From assembly GCF_036321535.1 (NCBI RefSeq), contig NC_087444.1:70494001-70558000 (forward strand): DNA of 64,000 bases. The letters run 5' to 3'. Made by a program: the position numbers and the translations under genes. The stretch is from Camelus dromedarius (taxonomy: Eukaryota). Shown one piece after another: positions 25,640 through 36,974 of this stretch; position 1 is the stretch's first letter; the number at the start of each line of letters is the position of its first letter. Under the pieces are notes generated by a model, which was given only the letters and a program-made list of their open reading frames with translations, did not search any database and was not told where the DNA came from.

Positions 25640-25730
25640 CCATTGAAGGCTGTGACATATCGGCTCAGCGTCCGCCGCTCGTCCCCAGGGAACTCCCCGT
25701 ACAGGAAGAAGTGTTTGCCCTGGAAGAAGT
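25640..25730 (-). CDS. XRCC1: XRCC1 exon 15 (start of BRCT2)
   Basis: 91 bp, (D)FFQGKHFFLYGEFPGDERRTLSRYVTAFN. Confidence 0.96.
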
Positions 25731-26811
25731 CTGCAAGGGCGACAGGGGAAGAGCCGAGCATGAGGCCCCTGGAGCTCCAAGGTACCAGCCAGCAGCCAGC
25801 CAACACACGGAGGCAAGACAGGAAGGCCGGAGAGGGGATGGGGGTGTCCATGCACACCCTGGTGTGGGAAGAATCCATGATGAGCAGTGCTTCTAGCCAG
25901 GCCCATCTGAGCCTCTGGGGAGTTGTTTGTTTTTGTTTTTTGTTTTTTTGCCTTAATGGTAAAAGACACAATTACTACTTTTGCAACACGTCTCTTACAC
26001 GAGGTAAATCACTTCATTAGCTTGGCCCGTGTTGGAAATTTTACAGCCTGCTACTTCCTCACCATGGCTGTCGCACTCCTTTTCACCTGTGCCTTCTCTG
26101 GCTCTGACCTTCAGGCTGGCTCTTTCTTCATTCTGGTTTCACGTGACTCTCCATCAGCTTCCCAATGCCACGTCTGAGGCTTTGGAGGATCAAAGTACCT
26201 TCCTGCCCATCACCCACAAGGAACGGGGTGGAAACGGCTTCTCTCAGGGGCCACTGAACCTCACCTCTGCTCGGACCCTCTGACTGCCCACTCTCCCTCC
26301 ATTCTTGACTGGCAGAGGCTCTGACTCCTGCCCCACACCCCCCATGTTTATATCTGGGGTGACAGATAACCATACCAGCACCATGTAGGTTCCAACAGAG
26401 ATTAGTGCCCACATTGTCTGTGTGCCCAGGCCCCCTGCCACACTGACAAAACTGAATCTGGGGTTTGGGGCCTGGGCACCTGCAGATCTTAGAAGCCCCC
26501 AGGTAGTCCTGAAGCCTAGGGAGGGGGACGCTGTGGCATGAGGGAGTGGAAAGCCAAAGGAGGTCACGCCTGGGGCTGGGCTGTGATGGGGGTGGTCACA
26601 GAAGTCAGGAGGGGACAAGGGAAGCAGAAGAGGATGCTGGAGGGAGGGGGATGGCTCCAGAGGACAAAGAGAGGGCAAAGGCTCGGGAGTGGGAGTGAGG
26701 AGACTGGGAGACAAGTCACGGAGGGCAGTAGCCATCCCAGGCCTGGCTGGGGCAAGTCATGGCAGAGAAGTGACAGGGCCAAGTCCCACATCAGGAGGAA
26801 GGAGTTACTAC

Positions 26812-26951
26812 CTGGTAGCTCGGGAATTGGCAGGTCAGGAGACTCTGGGGGACCTTCATTGTCTGTGTTCTCATCCGTGGATCCGGCGTACGGGTCCTCA
26901 CCATTCTCCCCCTGGCCAGGAGGCTGCCTGTGTTCCTTCTGCTCAGCCACC
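26812..26951 (-). CDS. XRCC1: XRCC1 exon 14 (CK2 cluster)
   Basis: 140 bp, VAEQKEHRQPPGQGENGEDPYAGSTDENTDNEGPPESPDLPIPELP. Confidence 0.95.
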
Positions 26952-27045
26952 CTGGGGGAGACAACAGGGGTGGGGGTAGAGCACGCCAACCATATCTGCC
27001 TCTGCCCAAGGCTGGAGCCACCCTGACCCCCAGCCATAATCCTAC

Positions 27046-27097
27046 CTTCTCAGCTCATCCTCAGTGTCCCCAGAATCTTCACCCCCATGGTCCTGTC
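27046..27097 (-). CDS. XRCC1: XRCC1 exon 13
   Basis: 52 bp, (G)QDHGGEDSGDTEDELR; acceptor CCCACAG, donor GTAGGA; phase consistent with both neighbours. Confidence 0.9.
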
Positions 27098-27407
27098 CTG
27101 TGGGTGGAAGCTTAGTCAACACAAGGCCACTGCCTTGTCCTATGGGACCCTCCCTCCCAGCCTCATGCCTGAGCACAGATGCAGGCATCCTAACCGTCAA
27201 GCTCAGTTGCCTTCCAGATCCAGTTATCAGGGCCCCTCAGCCCCACTTCCCCAGATCCACTGTCTGGGATCCAGCCCCACCTCCCTGAGACCCAAGAGCT
27301 CAGGCTTTGAGCTCCTTCTCCTTTTAGATAAGGGAGTCTGAGTCTCTGGTCCCTCCTCCTCAGACCAGGAGTCCAGGCCCCCGGCCCCTCCTCCATTAGG
27401 CTCTGAC

Positions 27408-27540
27408 CTGACTGCTCCCCCTCAGTGCCAGCATCTTCCTGGGGCCCTGGTGAGGCTGGTTTGGTCTCTCCTGGGGTTGGGGGTCTCTGGGGTGAGCTGG
27501 GTCCTGCTGCCTGAGGGGGCTTGGCTTTGGTCTGGGGGCG
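27408..27540 (-). CDS. XRCC1: XRCC1 exon 12
   Basis: 133 bp, RPQTKAKPPQAAGPSSPQRPPTPGETKPASPGPQEDAGTEGEQS. Confidence 0.92.
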
Positions 27541-27685
27541 CTGAGGAGGGAGGCTGGGTCAGTGAGGGAAGGGGCATCGCAGGTGTGTGCCCACAGAAGG
27601 CAGGAGTGGGGAGTCTGGGGTACCACAACATACCCGAGTCCTCCTCCCGCCCCGCCCTCCCCCACCCACACAGAGGGCACCGGAC

Positions 27686-27779
27686 CTTCCGGGGAGGCTT
27701 GGGGGCTTCATCCCCGCTGCCACCGCTGTGAGAGCCCCCCTCATCCTCGCTGCTCGAGTCTGGCCCTGCCATGAGGTAC
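27686..27779 (-). CDS. XRCC1: XRCC1 exon 11
   Basis: 94 bp, YLMAGPDSSSEDEGGSHSGGSGDEAPKPPRK. Confidence 0.94.
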
Positions 27780-29702
27780 CTGGGGGAGGAGGAATCGGGC
27801 CTCAGCCCAACAGCAGACACGTCCTCCAGAGGAGGTGGCGAGGTACTCGGAGCCACGGCCAGTGGCACTGACTAAGTACACGGGGTGGCCATCGTGGCCA
27901 GTCTCCTGGCTTGCCCCACCTTCCTCCCAGCTCTGGAAGGGCTCCATGGACCACCAGTCACCCAGCCACCCATACTGGAAACCAGAGCACTGCCTGGCTT
28001 CCCTTCCCTCTCAAGGAAGGAAAGCCTCATTTCAGAAAGGGAATAAAATAAATCAGAAATCATTTTCCCCTTTGAGAATCAAAGCCAGTTTCTCACTAGG
28101 TGAATGCCGACCAATTAAGGGGAAATTCTCAAAAGCAAATCCATTGTTAAAGACTTTGACACTATATTTATGGTTCCTCAAGCCACTGACACTTCAGGAA
28201 AAGACTCCTCCTCGTTCTGATCACAGTAACAACGGTCTGGGAGATCCTAGGTGCCGGGGACTGTGCTGAATACCTGGTAGATATGGAGTCACTGAATCCT
28301 GAGGTTGGTGCTGTTTTCACAGATGAGAACACTAAAGCCTGGAGGGAGGAATCACGTTGCCCCCAAATCCCACAGCAGAGCCCGGACGTGGCAGAAGCGA
28401 AAGAAAATGTGGGCTGTGCTTTCCTGGTTCTCCCGTTAACACCCTTCTGCATGTGATTTGTTTCAAAGCTGGTGACACACTGTTCGGGTCAGTCACCCTC
28501 ACCGTAAAACCATGGCTCACGGGAAATTCAGAAGATTTAAAGTGTAGCAGTCAACTGAAAAATGGATGGTGGATTTACTAAGGTTTTTCTTTAAAGTGTT
28601 TTGAATTAAAAGATTTAAAAACCCTCAATTTGTGATTACTGTGGAGAGAGCCACCCTTCAGAAGTCTTCCTTCTATTGCTGGATTTTAAAAATATAAAGT
28701 GCTTTATCAATTTTTTTTTTTGTGGGGAGGAGGGTCAAAACCCTGTTGCAAATCCGATACTAAATCTACACGCTTTCCCAGGCAGTGATCCAAATCCAGT
28801 TACTTTGTCCCGAAATATATCCCCAGTCCATCCCTCCTCCCATCCAAGTCCCCGCCTCCTGCAGGGTCCCCACCTGCAGCCTCCTCTTGACCCTCCGCCC
28901 CTCACGACAGAGGTGGCCCTGCCCCTCTCACACCTTCCATGGCTCCCCACTGCTCCCAGAGGAGACCCTGGGCACCAAATGGGTTTCAGACTTCTGAATT
29001 TTTCAGATTTTAGGGAAGGGAATGGCAGGTGTGCAGTTTGGTATATAACACCCCCCAGTGGGGTATATGAAGGAGTGCCCTGTAAAGCAAACCCGTTCAT
29101 ATTTCTGTATTAAACACGACGGCACGCTTAGTGGGATAAATGAAGTCCATAAAGAGCTTCACACAACTCAGGAGAATCACGCAGCAAGTGAGTTTGTGCT
29201 AAATGTAGACAATCTGTTGGCTTTTGGCTTCTAAGCGTGTTTGGATTCCAGAACTACAGATGAGGGGTCTGTGGAGCTGGGTGGACCCCAGGTGCTAGAA
29301 GCACTTTCTGAGCCGATCTACCACCTTCTCGTGTCCACCTCCACCTGCAGCCTCCATGACAGACTGTCTCAAACAGGCTGGGCGCAGCCCCAACACTGAA
29401 CACATGCAGGCCTTGTCTTCTTTCCAAGGAGGTGACTCAAGTCTCCCCTCCAGTCCCCGGGCCGCAGATCTGAGCCGGCCCTTTCCCAGCTCAAAAGCAC
29501 TTTATGGCTCCTGCTGCCCCGGCCTGGTTTTCCTGCCACGTCCTGCCTCCCACTGCAAGCCAAGCACCCCCTGAAGCTCCTCCAGGTAGACACAACCTTG
29601 GCTCCTCCTCCCAGCATGCTCTCCGCCTCTGCTCAGCCTGGCAAATCTCTCCTCCTCCTTGAAGACCCCTAGCTCACTGTGGTCCTCCCCTTGGGCCTTC
29701 CT

Positions 29703-29840
29703 TTTTTTTTTTTTGATTTTCTTTTTTTTTATATAGTGAAAGGTTTTTTAAATTTTTAATTAAAAAAATTTTTTTTAATGGAGGTACTGGCGATTGAACC
29801 CAGGACCTCGTGCATGCTAGGTATGCCCTACACCCACCCT
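29703..29840 (-). mobile_element. 5'-degenerate tRNA-Ala-derived SINE in XRCC1 intron 10
   Basis: Poly(T) followed by AATGGAGGTACTGGCGATTGAACCCAGGACCTCGTGCATGCTA. Confidence 0.75.
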
Positions 29841-30283
29841 TGCTCCAAACTTTTGTAACAAGTCTGGCCCCTCATCAAAGTCAGATGCCTTTGAGGGCAG
29901 GACCTCACGTTTGATGCCCAGCCTGGTACCGAGCAGGGCCTTTGGGGTCTTGCTCTGAATGGATGTAAATGGACCCCAAATCTCTATTCTCTACCCTCAG
30001 CCTCTGCAAACGCTGCTTGTCCAGCGTGCAATGCCCTTTTTCCTTCTCTGTTCCCAGAGCCCTCCACGGACTCCCAGGCAAGCCTCTCCTCTCTCCTCCG
30101 GGTCTCCCAGCCTCTGCCCCTGCTCCTTGGAAGTCTGCTGACTCTGGGCTCCCCACCTTCTCCAACGGCAGGCCCCAGCCTGATTTCTCTCCAGATCCCT
30201 GGCACTGCCTGGCCCAGGGATGAGGGGCAGGGTCAGTATGTGCGTCTGCGTGTGTAGAGCACACATGTGCAGTGAGGCCTCAC

Positions 30284-30400
30284 CTCCGTGAGGGCAGCCG
30301 CCGCCGCATGCGGTGACAGTCCAGCACCCACTCTTTCCGCACTATTCGGCCACCAAGGCCAAGGACCTGGCTGTACTTGGGGGTGTTGGCGAAGGCACAG
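30284..30400 (-). CDS. XRCC1: XRCC1 exon 10 (BRCT1)
   Basis: 117 bp, CAFANTPKYSQVLGLGGRIVRKEWVLDCHRMRRRLPSR; CGG (Arg) at the position equivalent to human codon 399. Confidence 0.97.
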
Positions 30401-30674
30401 CTGTGGGGTGGGGGGCAGAATGGAGGGTGTCAGTCAGGTGTGATCTGAGAGGCAAAGGGCAAAGAGAGACAAGGGAGGCGGGGAGGGAGAGACAGAGGGA
30501 GGGAGAGACGAAGGCACAGATGGGGGAGGAGCCAAGAAGACATAGGGAGATTGAGGGGAAGACGTAAGAATCAGAAGAGAAAGAGAGGCAGAGGATACGG
30601 AGAGAAAGCAGGATGGAGGAGACAGAGGCGGAGGAGAGGCAGCGGGGAGCATGGGGCTGGGGGCACAGGCCTAC

Positions 30675-30933
30675 ATGAGGTGGGTGCTGTCTGGAGTCCA
30701 GTCTGGCCGATACTTGGCCCCCAGCTCCAGGGCCTTGTCCCGGAGCTCTGAGCGGAAGGGGTTCTGGAAGCCACTCAGCACCACCACCACACCCTGAAGG
30801 ATCTTCCCCAGCTCCTGCGGGCCAGCTCGGGGTGCCCGGGGCTCGGCGCCTTCTCCTCGGGGCTTCCCTGGCGCTGCCCCCCGTGCTGGGGCAGGGACGG
30901 GGGCAGCGGCTGGGGTACGGGTGGGAGCTGGCA
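30675..30933 (-). CDS. XRCC1: XRCC1 exon 9 (linker plus start of BRCT1)
   Basis: 259 bp, ...ELGKILQGVVVVLSGFQNPFRSELRDKALELGAKYRPDWTPDSTHL. Confidence 0.97.
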
Positions 30934-31047
30934 CTGGGGAAGCCGAAGAGTAGACTCCGTTAGTACTCCTGGGACGCCAGCCCAGCCGTCCTCCCTCGGA
31001 CCCAGGAGCACCAGCCCGTGTGGGAACAAGGAATCCAGTTTGCTCAC

Positions 31048-31159
31048 ATTTGGGTCTCTTGAGGGAGGGCGGTGAGGGCTGGGCTGGCGGTTTGCTGGAG
31101 GTCTTCTTCTCTTCTTGGTTTAAATCCAACTTCCTCTTGCCTTTGGGGGACTCCTGAGG
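31048..31159 (-). CDS. XRCC1: XRCC1 exon 8 (bipartite NLS)
   Basis: 112 bp, PQESPKGKRKLDLNQEEKKTSSKPPAQPSPPSLKRPK. Confidence 0.95.
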
Positions 31160-31234
31160 CTGCGGGGGTGGGATGGGTTGAGGCCTCTGGCTCCTCTCCT
31201 CCTTTTCTGCCCCACTAGGGTCTGATGACCTCAC

Positions 31235-31344
31235 CTTGGAGGTGCTGCCCACAGCCTTGGAGGCCGGGGAGGCCGAGGAGGCGGCACTGGAGGCCTGCAG
31301 TGTAGCAGCTGCATAGCTGGGTCCTGCAGGCTCACTGGCTGTGA
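31235..31344 (-). CDS. XRCC1: XRCC1 exon 7
   Basis: 110 bp, (V)TASEPAGPSYAAATLQASSAASSASPASKAVGSTSK. Confidence 0.95.
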
Positions 31345-31442
31345 CTACAGAGAAAGTGGATCCAGGTTGAGAGGGCTGGGCCCTCAGACCCTCTACTCCT
31401 ATCCACGGGACACAGAGTGCTGTTCCCAAAAGCCAGCAGTGA

Positions 31443-31505
31443 TCCAGGAGTCTGGTCCCCAGCCCCTCCTCCCTCAGACCCAGGAGTCCGGGCCCCTGGC
31501 CTCTA
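31443..31505. repeat. MSR1-like ~36-37 bp minisatellite unit (best copy of a family dispersed through the window)
   Basis: CCAGGAGTCTGGTCCCCAGCCCCTCCTCCCTCAGACCCAGGAGTCCGGGCCCC; related copies at 1-36, 11689-11815, 12018-12127, 12338-12440, 27265-27394, 30975-31017, 48716-48745 (reverse), 49060-49115, 54103-54146, 57856-57906. Confidence 0.75.
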
Positions 31506-31535
31506 CTCACTGAGGACCCAATTTTCCACACTCAC

Positions 31536-31641
31536 CCGGGAGTGTCTTGTTGATCCGGCTGAAGAAGAGAGCCCCGGGTCTCAGGGAGCTGGGACTCTCA
31601 TCCTCCTCCTTCACACGGAACTGGCCGAGCTTGGTCACCTT
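31536..31641 (-). CDS. XRCC1: XRCC1 exon 6 (contains the FF-type RIR motif)
   Basis: 106 bp, KVTKLGQFRVKEEDESPSSLRPGALFFSRINKTLP. Confidence 0.94.
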
Positions 31642-31737
31642 CTAAGGTCCCACAAGGTCAGTGCAGTGGGTGGGCTGTGGGCAGGTGGGGGTGAAGCGGT
31701 GGGGAGAAGGCTCTGGGCAGTGGTGGGAAGAGCTTAC

Positions 31738-31815
31738 CTGGGATGATGAGGCCTCTGCCTCGTCTTTGTCTGGAGGGCTGTGAAACCGTATAAAACTCAG
31801 GCCATAGGGGGCGTC
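31738..31815 (-). CDS. XRCC1: XRCC1 exon 5
   Basis: 78 bp, DAPYGLSFIRFHSPPDKDEAEASSSQ; AG/GTAAGC boundaries. Confidence 0.94.
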
Positions 31816-32720
31816 CTGGGAAAGGAGGGGTGGGACTCAGGGAGTCTGCCAAGGACAGAGGGCTGGCCCCAAAGCCCCTTTCATTCAGGGAAACCCCTTT
31901 CTGGCTCTTTCCCACTAAGGATGCATGTGCCCGAGGAGGTGCCCGGATGATAATGACAAAGACAATACCAGCGAGCTGTTACTGAGCCCTAACTGGGGGT
32001 CAGGGTCAGTGCAAAGCCCTTCACGAAGCCCTGGCAAAGGCTGCTGGGTGTCTGAGTGAATACACTGTGCACCCCAAGTCCTGCCTGCGGAATGGGAGGA
32101 GGCTGCATGCCACTTTTGAAACTCGAAAAAGCTTCGGGCTCTTTCCTCCTCCACAGAGTGGATGCAGACCATAAGACGGAAGGAGCCTGGGTCCCAGATG
32201 ACCGGCTGAACAGCTCCCGGGACAGATCCACAGGTAAGAAGTACACCTTTGTGTGCTGTATCACACACTCGGGTCCTGTCACCGCAGCCTAGCATCCCTA
32301 ACTGACAGCAACCCTATAAGGACCAACAAACTGAGGCTAGAGAGGTGAGGTCCCTTGCCTGAGGTCATACAGCTGAGAAGTGGAGTAGCCAGGTCTTAAA
32401 CCAGCCTTCTGACGCTAGCTCTCATGATGTTAATTACAAGGCCTAAATCTATGAGGCCATGCCTCCACTGAGTCAGCGGCTCCCCCTTCCAATTCCCCCG
32501 TAGTCTTGCAGGTCAGCCTTCCTAATTTTCCTCCAGTAAATGAAGATTCCTATGTGGGGAGGATCTCAAACATTTCCAGGAATGCAGGAATCCAGCCTCC
32601 TCATAATCCCATGGGGAGACCAGCTGTCCGGTCTCCCCAGCCCTCTGGGACTCCAACTCGGCCCCTCCTCTCTTGTGGCTCAGGCCCGAGGACCCCGCAC
32701 CCAGCTCCCACCCAAGGTAC

Positions 32721-32879
32721 CTTGCTGTAGGGCTGGCTGCAGACAATTTTGACACGGTCCCAGCGCTTCTCTGCTGCTGCCCGGACCAGTTTGTCAGGCC
32801 CAAAAATGCGAACACGGTTGGGGTTTGAGCCACTGCGACTCTCAGAAGGGGACATGAAGGAAGAGGTGACCAGAAGGAC
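32721..32879 (-). CDS. XRCC1: XRCC1 exon 4 (N-terminal Pol beta-binding domain)
   Basis: 159 bp, VLLVTSSFMSPSESRSGSNPNRVRIFGPDKLVRAAAEKRWDRVKIVCSQPYSK. Confidence 0.97.
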
Positions 32880-34589
32880 CTGGAAAAAGGCACAGTGAAT
32901 GGGAGCTGGGCCTGGCCGGTTTCGGTGACACCTCCTAGGGGCTGGAGGAGGGCAGGGGCCCCAGCAGGGACGAGGGAGTCACCAGGTCCAGCTTGTATGT
33001 CAACGTGCCTCAAGGTCTCTAGACTCGTCTCTTGTTTCTGGGCCTCCAGTCAGTCCTTAACTAACACAGGCCCCAGAGGGACACTTCCACTTCCAGATCT
33101 GGACGATCCTTATCTAAATCCTTCCACAGAGTCTTCCATATCTGGCCAGCTGCAGGCTACCCAGCCTAAGGAACCCTTTGGGATGAGGATCTTCACCACA
33201 AGCCCAACGTGCAAACACCTTCTGGAAACACGTGGAGGAGTCAGCAGAAAGGCAAGGGGAAGGAGGCCAGAAGTGACAGCACAGAAGTCTATTAAGTGAC
33301 TGTCTCTCAGTCCGCACGCACCCTTGGTGGCTCAGTTCCGTGATGCTGAGCAGGGTCCATGGGCTCCTTGTCAGGCTCCACCAACAGGGGGCGCGAGAGA
33401 GAGGGGATCAAGGATGGAGGAAAGAGGAGGGCTCTGCTGTCTCTGGCAGGTGAGCAGCAACCCAGGTGTGGTTCCTTCTGCAGCTGTTTGCCGGGGTTGG
33501 GGAGGGGAACAGCAGGTGAATCCAGTTTGCAGCTTCTCAACACTTGCAGAACTGGCCTCAGGGCATCCGCTCAGGGACACAACAGAACCAGCAGGGAAGC
33601 ACCCCTTCCTCACGGTCTGAGTTTTAACTCCAAGGGCCCTATCTCCAAGCTTCTAAATATCATTGTTTCAATAATTCCAACCTCTTCCTTTGTTCCTCCA
33701 ACCCTAAGATTGGTGGCCGCTCCCTGCCATTGCTTCTTTGTCCAACCTTAGTCTTCCCACCTCTTCAGGTTAATACCTCATCACCAATTCTCTCTGTTAA
33801 ATGTAATTGGGGCAGTTTCAGTCTCCTGGTGAAACCTTGACCAGTACAGCCGGTGGCACTGACATTGGCGTTTGCCCTATTGCTGATTCCAGGGGCCACA
33901 GAGCTTAATCTGTAAGAGCTCTGGGTGGTGGTAACAGCGGAGAAGGGGAGACAAAGCCTCGGCTCCAAGCCAAGAAGAAAGGCATCTCAGAGACTGTGGC
34001 CACAGTGCATGGAGCTGGGCCCTCCAAAGGGCAACACCCTTTGTGTGTAATTTAGGGGGACATGTGTCTCATGGGAGAATCAGTGGGAGAATTTAGCTCT
34101 CAGGGGACAGCAGAGGAAAGATGAAAAATTCTCTCTGGAAACTCCTAACTGCGGGTCTGTACTCAAGGAGTTGGAGGAAAAATCCACATGCTACCTGTGT
34201 GGAAAAACCCAAGTTGAAAACTATAAGTGGTCCCGTGTATGCAGTAGCACCTGATGCCAGGGCAAACCCCTTTAGGAGGAACGTATTCAAACCAGGCCCT
34301 CAAAGAATCCCCACAGATATATTCCCCAAGAACAGAAGTTATCTCACACACACACACACGCACAAGGCATGAGGAAACAGGCCGCCATGACTTAGGGTCA
34401 ACAGAAACCACAAACTGTGGACTCAGACCCACANNNNNNNNNNNNNNNNNNNNNNNNNNNNNNNNNNNNNNNNNNNNNNNNNNNNNNNNNNNNNNNNNNN
34501 NNNNNNNNNNNNNNNNNNNNNNNNNNNNNNNNNNNNNNNNNNNNNNNNNNNNNNNNNNNNNNNNNNNNNNNNNNNNNNNNNNNNNNNNN

Positions 34590-34840
34590 ATGGATGGACC
34601 TGGAGATTGTCATTCTAAGTGAAGTAAGCCAGAAAGACAAAGAAAAATAAACAATAAGTTCATACTGTATAGCACAGGGAACTATATTCAATATCCTGTA
34701 GTAACTTATGGTGAAAAAGAATATGAAAATGATTATATGTATTTTCATGTATGACTGAAGCATTATGCTGTACACTAGAAATTGATACAACATTGTAAAC
34801 TGACTATACTTCAATAAAAATACATATACAAAAAAAGAAT
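34590..34840 (+). mobile_element. Young-looking L1 3' end next to an assembly gap
   Basis: atggatggacctggagattgtcattctaagtgaagtaagccag…actgactatacttcaataaaaa; N run at 34434-34589. Confidence 0.8.
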
Positions 34841-36463
34841 TCATGTATTACATTATCAAACACACAATAAAAGTAAGTGTGTTTAATAGTTTAAAGAAAT
34901 AAATGGAGCTACAGACAGTACAGACAGCATGATGGAGCAAAAACTGACCAGTTTTGAAAAAAGAGTGGGAGAGCTGCATGTCTAACACTAAGGGATGAAC
35001 CATGATTAGTCCAAGCATTAGAATTCCCTCTGCCAGTGTTGGTCCAAGGACAGGCACATGACCCAGGACTGGCCAATATGACGTCAAGAGGAAGCCTGCT
35101 GGAGGCTTCTGGGAAAGATTTTCTTCCCTCATTAAAAAGAAACAGAGGATGGAAGAAAACCACTGCATTTCTGCCATTCCACCCCTCCACTTTCTGCTTT
35201 TTTTTTTTTTCCCCACTTTCTGCTTTGGATGCTACTAGGTGATGGATGGAGCAATGGCAATCATCTTGTAACCATGCAGCCAAGACCAAAAGAATCAAGA
35301 GGTGCCCAACTTAGCACCCTGACTTTGTTCAGCTGCCAGATCAACTCTGGGTCTGCCTAATGCTGGACTTCTCTCCTAAGGAAACTATAAATATTATTTG
35401 GCAGTAAGCCAGTTTTAGTTGGGCAAAATCTATTACTCAGTCTCTTTTCTGACACACTGTAAAATCCATGAAATTAGGAAACAAAAGCTTTTTGCTGAGA
35501 AAAACACATACTGTAACTAGCTGTCTCTTTGTGCTCAGCCCTGATTATGAAAAGGAAACAACAAAGATGAAGAAAATTATACAGAAGGGAAGCCATCTTC
35601 CTGGCCCTGACTATACTTGTTTATAAAAGGCCTGTTTTTGAGCTGATGGGGGAGCTGAAGTATCATCTAGTGACTAAATGAAGGGGCAACGCAAACTGTG
35701 GTTGGCAGCTGCCACCCATACAAAGGGGGAGCTTTCCTCTGAATGTATTCTTCTCCCATTCATTGTAAAGAGAAAACAACTCCAGCTGTTTTTATCATCC
35801 AATACTGTCTTTAAGGTTCCAGGATTAAACCTTTATTCTCTAGACTGGGTTAACCTCAAAACCTTAGGTATCTCCTTTGTAAAATTAGGAGGGCTAAAAA
35901 AAAAGAACATGTTGTTGATTTTGTAGAAAACGGCATTAGTTATTATAATACGTGCCTTTGGCTTGGGTTGTGTAGGTGACATCAACACGGACCAGCCCTG
36001 CTCGACCCTTTTTCCTTTTCTTTCTTGGCTCTTCCAGCTGCATCTTGTCTCTGGGCAGAAGCCAGACATTGTAAGCCCCAGAGTCTTTAACTCAGTCTTG
36101 GCCAGAAGTTATATAACAAAATTTCCAGCAGAAGTTTAATTACAAACTTGAAAAATATGGGACACTATTGACATAGGGTTCTTTTTAAAAGTTTGGTTTT
36201 TCTGAGGTGTAGTTGATTTATAATGTGAGTTTCAGGTGACAGGGGTTTTCAGACTCTGAAAAGATGAAGCTAGCCATTCCATCTTTCCAGGTAGAGAAGA
36301 GGGTGAATAATAAAGATTCATATGCCAGATTAGATAAAGTTTTAGCTAACAAAGCACTTTCTCTGTTTCCATAATTACAAAGTAGAATTTTGATCTAAAT
36401 CTGTTTGCCAAGAAGAAGAGAGAACTTTTTTTTTTTTTAAACAGTCCCAAAGACTGTTGGTTT

Positions 36464-36974
36464 TGTTTAAAATTTTAAACAAGGAGGCCATCAGACTAGG
36501 TGACTCTGGTGCCTTAAGAAGCCTAAGTAAACCAACCAAAATTTAAGCCAGAGTTGATGAACTCGAAATCTAAGAAAACGAAATGCAGGAACAACTAATC
36601 ACAGTCAAGTAACCACAGGGAACTATACTGTAATAACCTTTAATGAAAAAGAATATGAAAATGAATATATGTATATATATATTCATGACTGGAACATTAC
36701 GCTGTACACCAGAAATTTACACATTGTAACTGACTATACTTCAATTAAAAAAAAAAAAGTCATGTAACGAGATTTTCCCAAGTAACGCAATTGTTTAAGC
36801 TCTAGTCAATTAAATCATTGCTTTGCTTTGCTTCCATGTCTTCTCTCTAAAAACCTCTGTCCCAGCCTGCCCACAGAACATCCCTAATCATGTTGTAGTT
36901 TGGGCTGCCCCATTCACATTATTTGCTCAAATAAACTCTTCAAAATATAATGTGTCTCAGTTTGCCTTTTTACA
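36464..36974 (+). mobile_element. ERV1-type solo LTR carrying a nested L1 fragment
   Basis: TG…CA termini; AATAAA at 36930-36935 in an LTR-typical context; boundaries approximate. Confidence 0.6.
36614..36757 (+). mobile_element. 5'-truncated L1 3' tail inserted into the LTR
   Basis: Same 3'UTR as 34675-34830 plus poly(A); TSD AGTCA(A/T)GTAAC at 36603-36613 and 36758-36768. Confidence 0.85.

Noticed and set aside
30671-31531. 286-aa continuous ORF over XRCC1 exons 7-9
   Set aside because: Exons 7-9 plus short introns whose lengths happen to keep the frame; clear GT-AG sites define the real exons.
35840-36070. Short - strand frame MQLEEPRKKRKKGRAG… in XRCC1 intron 3 as a hidden exon or retrogene
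   Set aside because: No clear splice sites and no recognisable homology; too short to distinguish from chance.
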